A stretch of DNA of 64,000 bases, taken from a virus. Positions within the stretch are counted from its first letter, which is position 1; the number at the start of each line of letters is the position of its first letter. The position numbers were made by a program, and so were the translations under genes. Below the pieces are notes generated by a model that did no database searches, was not told the origin of the DNA, and saw only the letters and a list, made by a program, of their open reading frames with translations. Positions 61,765-64,000 of the stretch are shown one piece after another. Where the stretch lies: positions 16,820 through 80,819 of IMG/VR virus record IMGVR_UViG_3300014348_000112. The stretch is one strand, 5' to 3'.

Positions 61765-64000
61765 TCAATAGCTCCACTCGCGGAAAAGGGGCCACGGCGC
61801 TCTCTGGGCTTGCCTCAGCGCTTCTTCTGTATCATCGTCCACTGGCGGAGCGGCGGGTGCTTCGCTGACCGCCGGCAAGGACAAAGCCGATGGCCCGTCC
61901 CACTCCCGCCAGGCTACAAGTCCGCTTTTCGTAATGCTTTGGAAGTTGCTCCAGGCGTTCTCTGGATTGACCTTTGTCTCTCCGAACTCCGGCACATCCC
62001 GAAAGGCGCCAAGGAACTCCTCTTTGGTTATGCGAGACCATCGCTCCAGCTTCTCCGGGGAGATGCGCAATTTGCCCGGTTTTCGGGCAAGCCAGTAATT
62101 CACCAGCGTGTTCCAATAAAGCTCGTTAGACTCGTTACCTTCGTTTGATGTCCAATTGGCGCCGCCGTTGTCGATGGCCCACACTCGGTCCTCGCCGACA
62201 ATCCAGTTTGCTGTGTGGCGATCATAGTTGTCGATGATAAAGTCCAGCACCACCACATCCTCTGTGGCGCGCGGCAAGATGTCCAGCGCTGTTTGGCTGC
62301 CGTACCGTGCCGTCCACTCAGCGCCAAGCGTCCCGTCAACGAACTGCTGCGCCGTGCCAAGCGCCCCCTCAAACTCCTCGTAGCGAGTAGGAGGAACACA
62401 GTCCATGCCCAGCACCTGGGCGATCTCATAGGCCGCCACTTCGGAGTTGCCGTCCTGTCCGCTTTCGCCTCTGACCGGCTTCCAAACCCAGCGCGTCCCG
62501 TTCTCGTCCTCAAGTAGGATGCTCGTGTTAATGCCGCCGCCCAGGTTCTTAACCTTGCGCGACGTGCTTGTCCTGCCACGCCGGCCGGCCTCCGGCTCCG
62601 GCGGTGGCACTGGCGGCAAGCCCATGTCTGCCCGCATAGCGTTGATGTCGCCGGTGGTGATGTCCAACTGCGCGTTGGCTGCGGCTGTAGTGCCCCCACC
62701 CTCTGGTCGCCACTGCCCGCCGCGCTCGTCGCCGGCCGGCCAGCGGGGCTGGTCGGGGTCAAAGGCTTTCTCCGCCTCCAGCAGCGCAGCCGTGGCCTGG
62801 CGCAAGCTGGCGATTAGCTCGTCGGCTTGCTGGGTGGGGAGGTTGGGCCTGGCTTGCCTGGCTTGCTTGGCCGGCGTTGGCTCAGCCGGAGCCTCTTGTC
62901 CGGCTCCCGCCTGGGCCGCGCCGCCTTCGGGTCGCCACTGCCCGCCGCGCGGGTCGCCTTCTGGCCAGCGTGGCTGGCCGGGGTCGAAGCGCTTCTCAGC
63001 GTCGCCCAAGATGAACGCGTCGCCGCGCGCCAGGTCCAGGTCGGTCGGCGTGCCAAGGCGGGCCTTCTTTTGCCGCTGAAGCTCCACCAGCCAGTTGGCG
63101 TTGTAGTCGTCCTCGACCAGGGCAAGCATAGGCGCCAAAGACGCGCTGGCTCGCCTGGCCTTCTCGCGCGTTCGGTCTTTGATCTCGACAATCTCCCACG
63201 GGGCGTCGTTCAGGTACTCGCCCAGGACGATCATCTCTTCTTCGTCGGCGCAGCCAAAGCCGGTTGACCAGTGCGAGAAAACTGCCTTGGCCGGCACGCG
63301 CACGGCAAAGGTCACGCCGTACTGGCCGGGCATCGCGTCGCCAGGGCCGAAACTCTTGGCCACCGTGTGCGACAATGAGAAGGAAGACAAAGGCCGAGGC
63401 TTAACCCGGATTTTGTCGCCCGGAAGCATGTCTTTGAGACTACCGAAGACCGGACTTGCGTCACTAATCCACATCCCGCGATAAAGAACCAAAGTGTCGT
63501 CCGGCTTGATGCGCTTGCTTTGCAGGTACTCTTGGGTGCGGCGGTAGACAGACTGGTACGCCCTCGCGCCCTCATCAAAAGTCTTGACGCTATCGTTGCC
63601 GGCCAGCGCGTCGCCGCGTCGCGCTTGCGCTGCCGTCATGCCGTCGAACCACACCAGGTCGTCTTTCTCGCCCGACTTCTCAGCCGCCACAACGTGAATC
63701 ACGTCCTGCCAGTCGCCGTTATCATGTGCACTGGTAGCCCAGGCCGTCTGGACGCGGGCTGCCTCCGCGCTGGAAACGCCATCTGCCGCCAGCGAGTTTT
63801 CGCCGCGCCACTTGATGTACTGGCGAAAACTCTCAGACGTGGCAGCTTCGGGATAGGGCAGGGAGACACCATAGCGCCGGACGAAGAACTCGTTTAACTC
63901 GTCTTTCTCCATTTGCTTGATGCGCATCCACTCTTCGTCAAAGCGCAGGCTCTTTTCCGTCATGGAGAAGGTCTCGCCGCCCGGCAACGGCGCCAGATCA
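61765..64000 (-). CDS. Multi-domain protein: ART-like + NANWL peptide + two tags + PI3K/HipA-like kinase; probably 5'-truncated
   Basis: Frame open to the window edge; LYRG...PRPLSSFS...FGCADEEEMIV; GGGINTS...VWKP...SEVAAY...DFIIDNYDRHTANW...AIDNG. Confidence 0.75.
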   Translation of the reverse strand, partial: DLAPLPGGETFSMTEKSLRFDEEWMRIKQMEKDELNEFFVRRYGVSLPYPEAATSESFRQYIKWRGENSLAADGVSSAEAARVQTAWATSAHDNGDWQDVIHVVAAEKSGEKDDLVWFDGMTAAQARRGDALAGNDSVKTFDEGARAYQSVYRRTQEYLQSKRIKPDDTLVLYRGMWISDASPVFGSLKDMLPGDKIRVKPRPLSSFSLSHTVAKSFGPGDAMPGQYGVTFAVRVPAKAVFSHWSTGFGCADEEEMIVLGEYLNDAPWEIVEIKDRTREKARRASASLAPMLALVEDDYNANWLVELQRQKKARLGTPTDLDLARGDAFILGDAEKRFDPGQPRWPEGDPRGGQWRPEGGAAQAGAGQEAPAEPTPAKQARQARPNLPTQQADELIASLRQATAALLEAEKAFDPDQPRWPAGDERGGQWRPEGGGTTAAANAQLDITTGDINAMRADMGLPPVPPPEPEAGRRGRTSTSRKVKNLGGGINTSILLEDENGTRWVWKPVRGESGQDGNSEVAAYEIAQVLGMDCVPPTRYEEFEGALGTAQQFVDGTLGAEWTARYGSQTALDILPRATEDVVVLDFIIDNYDRHTANWIVGEDRVWAIDNGGANWTSNEGNESNELYWNTLVNYWLARKPGKLRISPEKLERWSRITKEEFLGAFRDVPEFGETKVNPENAWSNFQSITKSGLVAWREWDGPSALSLPAVSEAPAAPPVDDDTEEALRQAQRAPWPLFREWSY

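Larger units (their letters stand above)
1..64000. mobile_element. Phage/prophage genome segment (siphovirus-like, probably temperate)
   Basis: Replication/regulatory arm on + strand converges at a terminator with a head-neck-tail operon on - strand. Contains MuF, protease/scaffold, capsid, tail chaperone frameshift, tape measure and XRE repressor. No host housekeeping genes seen. Confidence 0.95.

Noticed and set aside
1-64000. Circular or terminally redundant complete genome; att sites
   Set aside because: The ends do not overlap, both terminal ORFs run off the window, and no terminase, portal or integrase is visible.

Overview
The whole window reads as one contiguous piece of a GC-rich, long-tailed dsDNA phage or prophage (siphovirus-like: tape measure, tail chaperone frameshift, no sheath). 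Both end genes run off the window. No terminase, portal, integrase or recognisable endolysin is visible. A Chloroflexota-like host is suggested only by the style of a Pro/Thr-linker secreted protein and is inference. From 1 to 17.8 kb, mostly on the + strand, lie DNA-modification genes, two HNH proteins, an overlapping Arc/RHH pair, primase-like, initiator (with internal iterons) and DnaB-like helicase genes, an XRE repressor with divergent promoters, an FtsK-like ATPase, and short genes separated by repeated promoter/RBS elements. This arm ends at a bidirectional terminator. From 64 kb down to 17.9 kb, on the - strand, lies the virion module. The most striking feature is a family of enzyme cassettes spread over three places in the morphogenesis operon: 3 ADP-ribosyltransferase-like, 2 GNAT-like, 2 JAB/MPN, 1 PI3K/HipA-like kinase and 1 HExxH peptidase on MuF. 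They share a ~22-aa tag, EK-x-(Y/F)-(N/D)-P-x-Q-P-R-x-P-x-G-x-x-x-G-G-Q-W (11 copies counting two HP-type variants), which is also present in MuF and in the prohead protease/scaffold. ART and GNAT domains are each followed by their own conserved short partner peptide. One locus preserves two alternative cassettes in tandem between the same flanks. A glycosylation cluster and a methyltransferase with repeated SPPY motifs are also unusual. All family assignments come from motifs read by eye; no database search was run.
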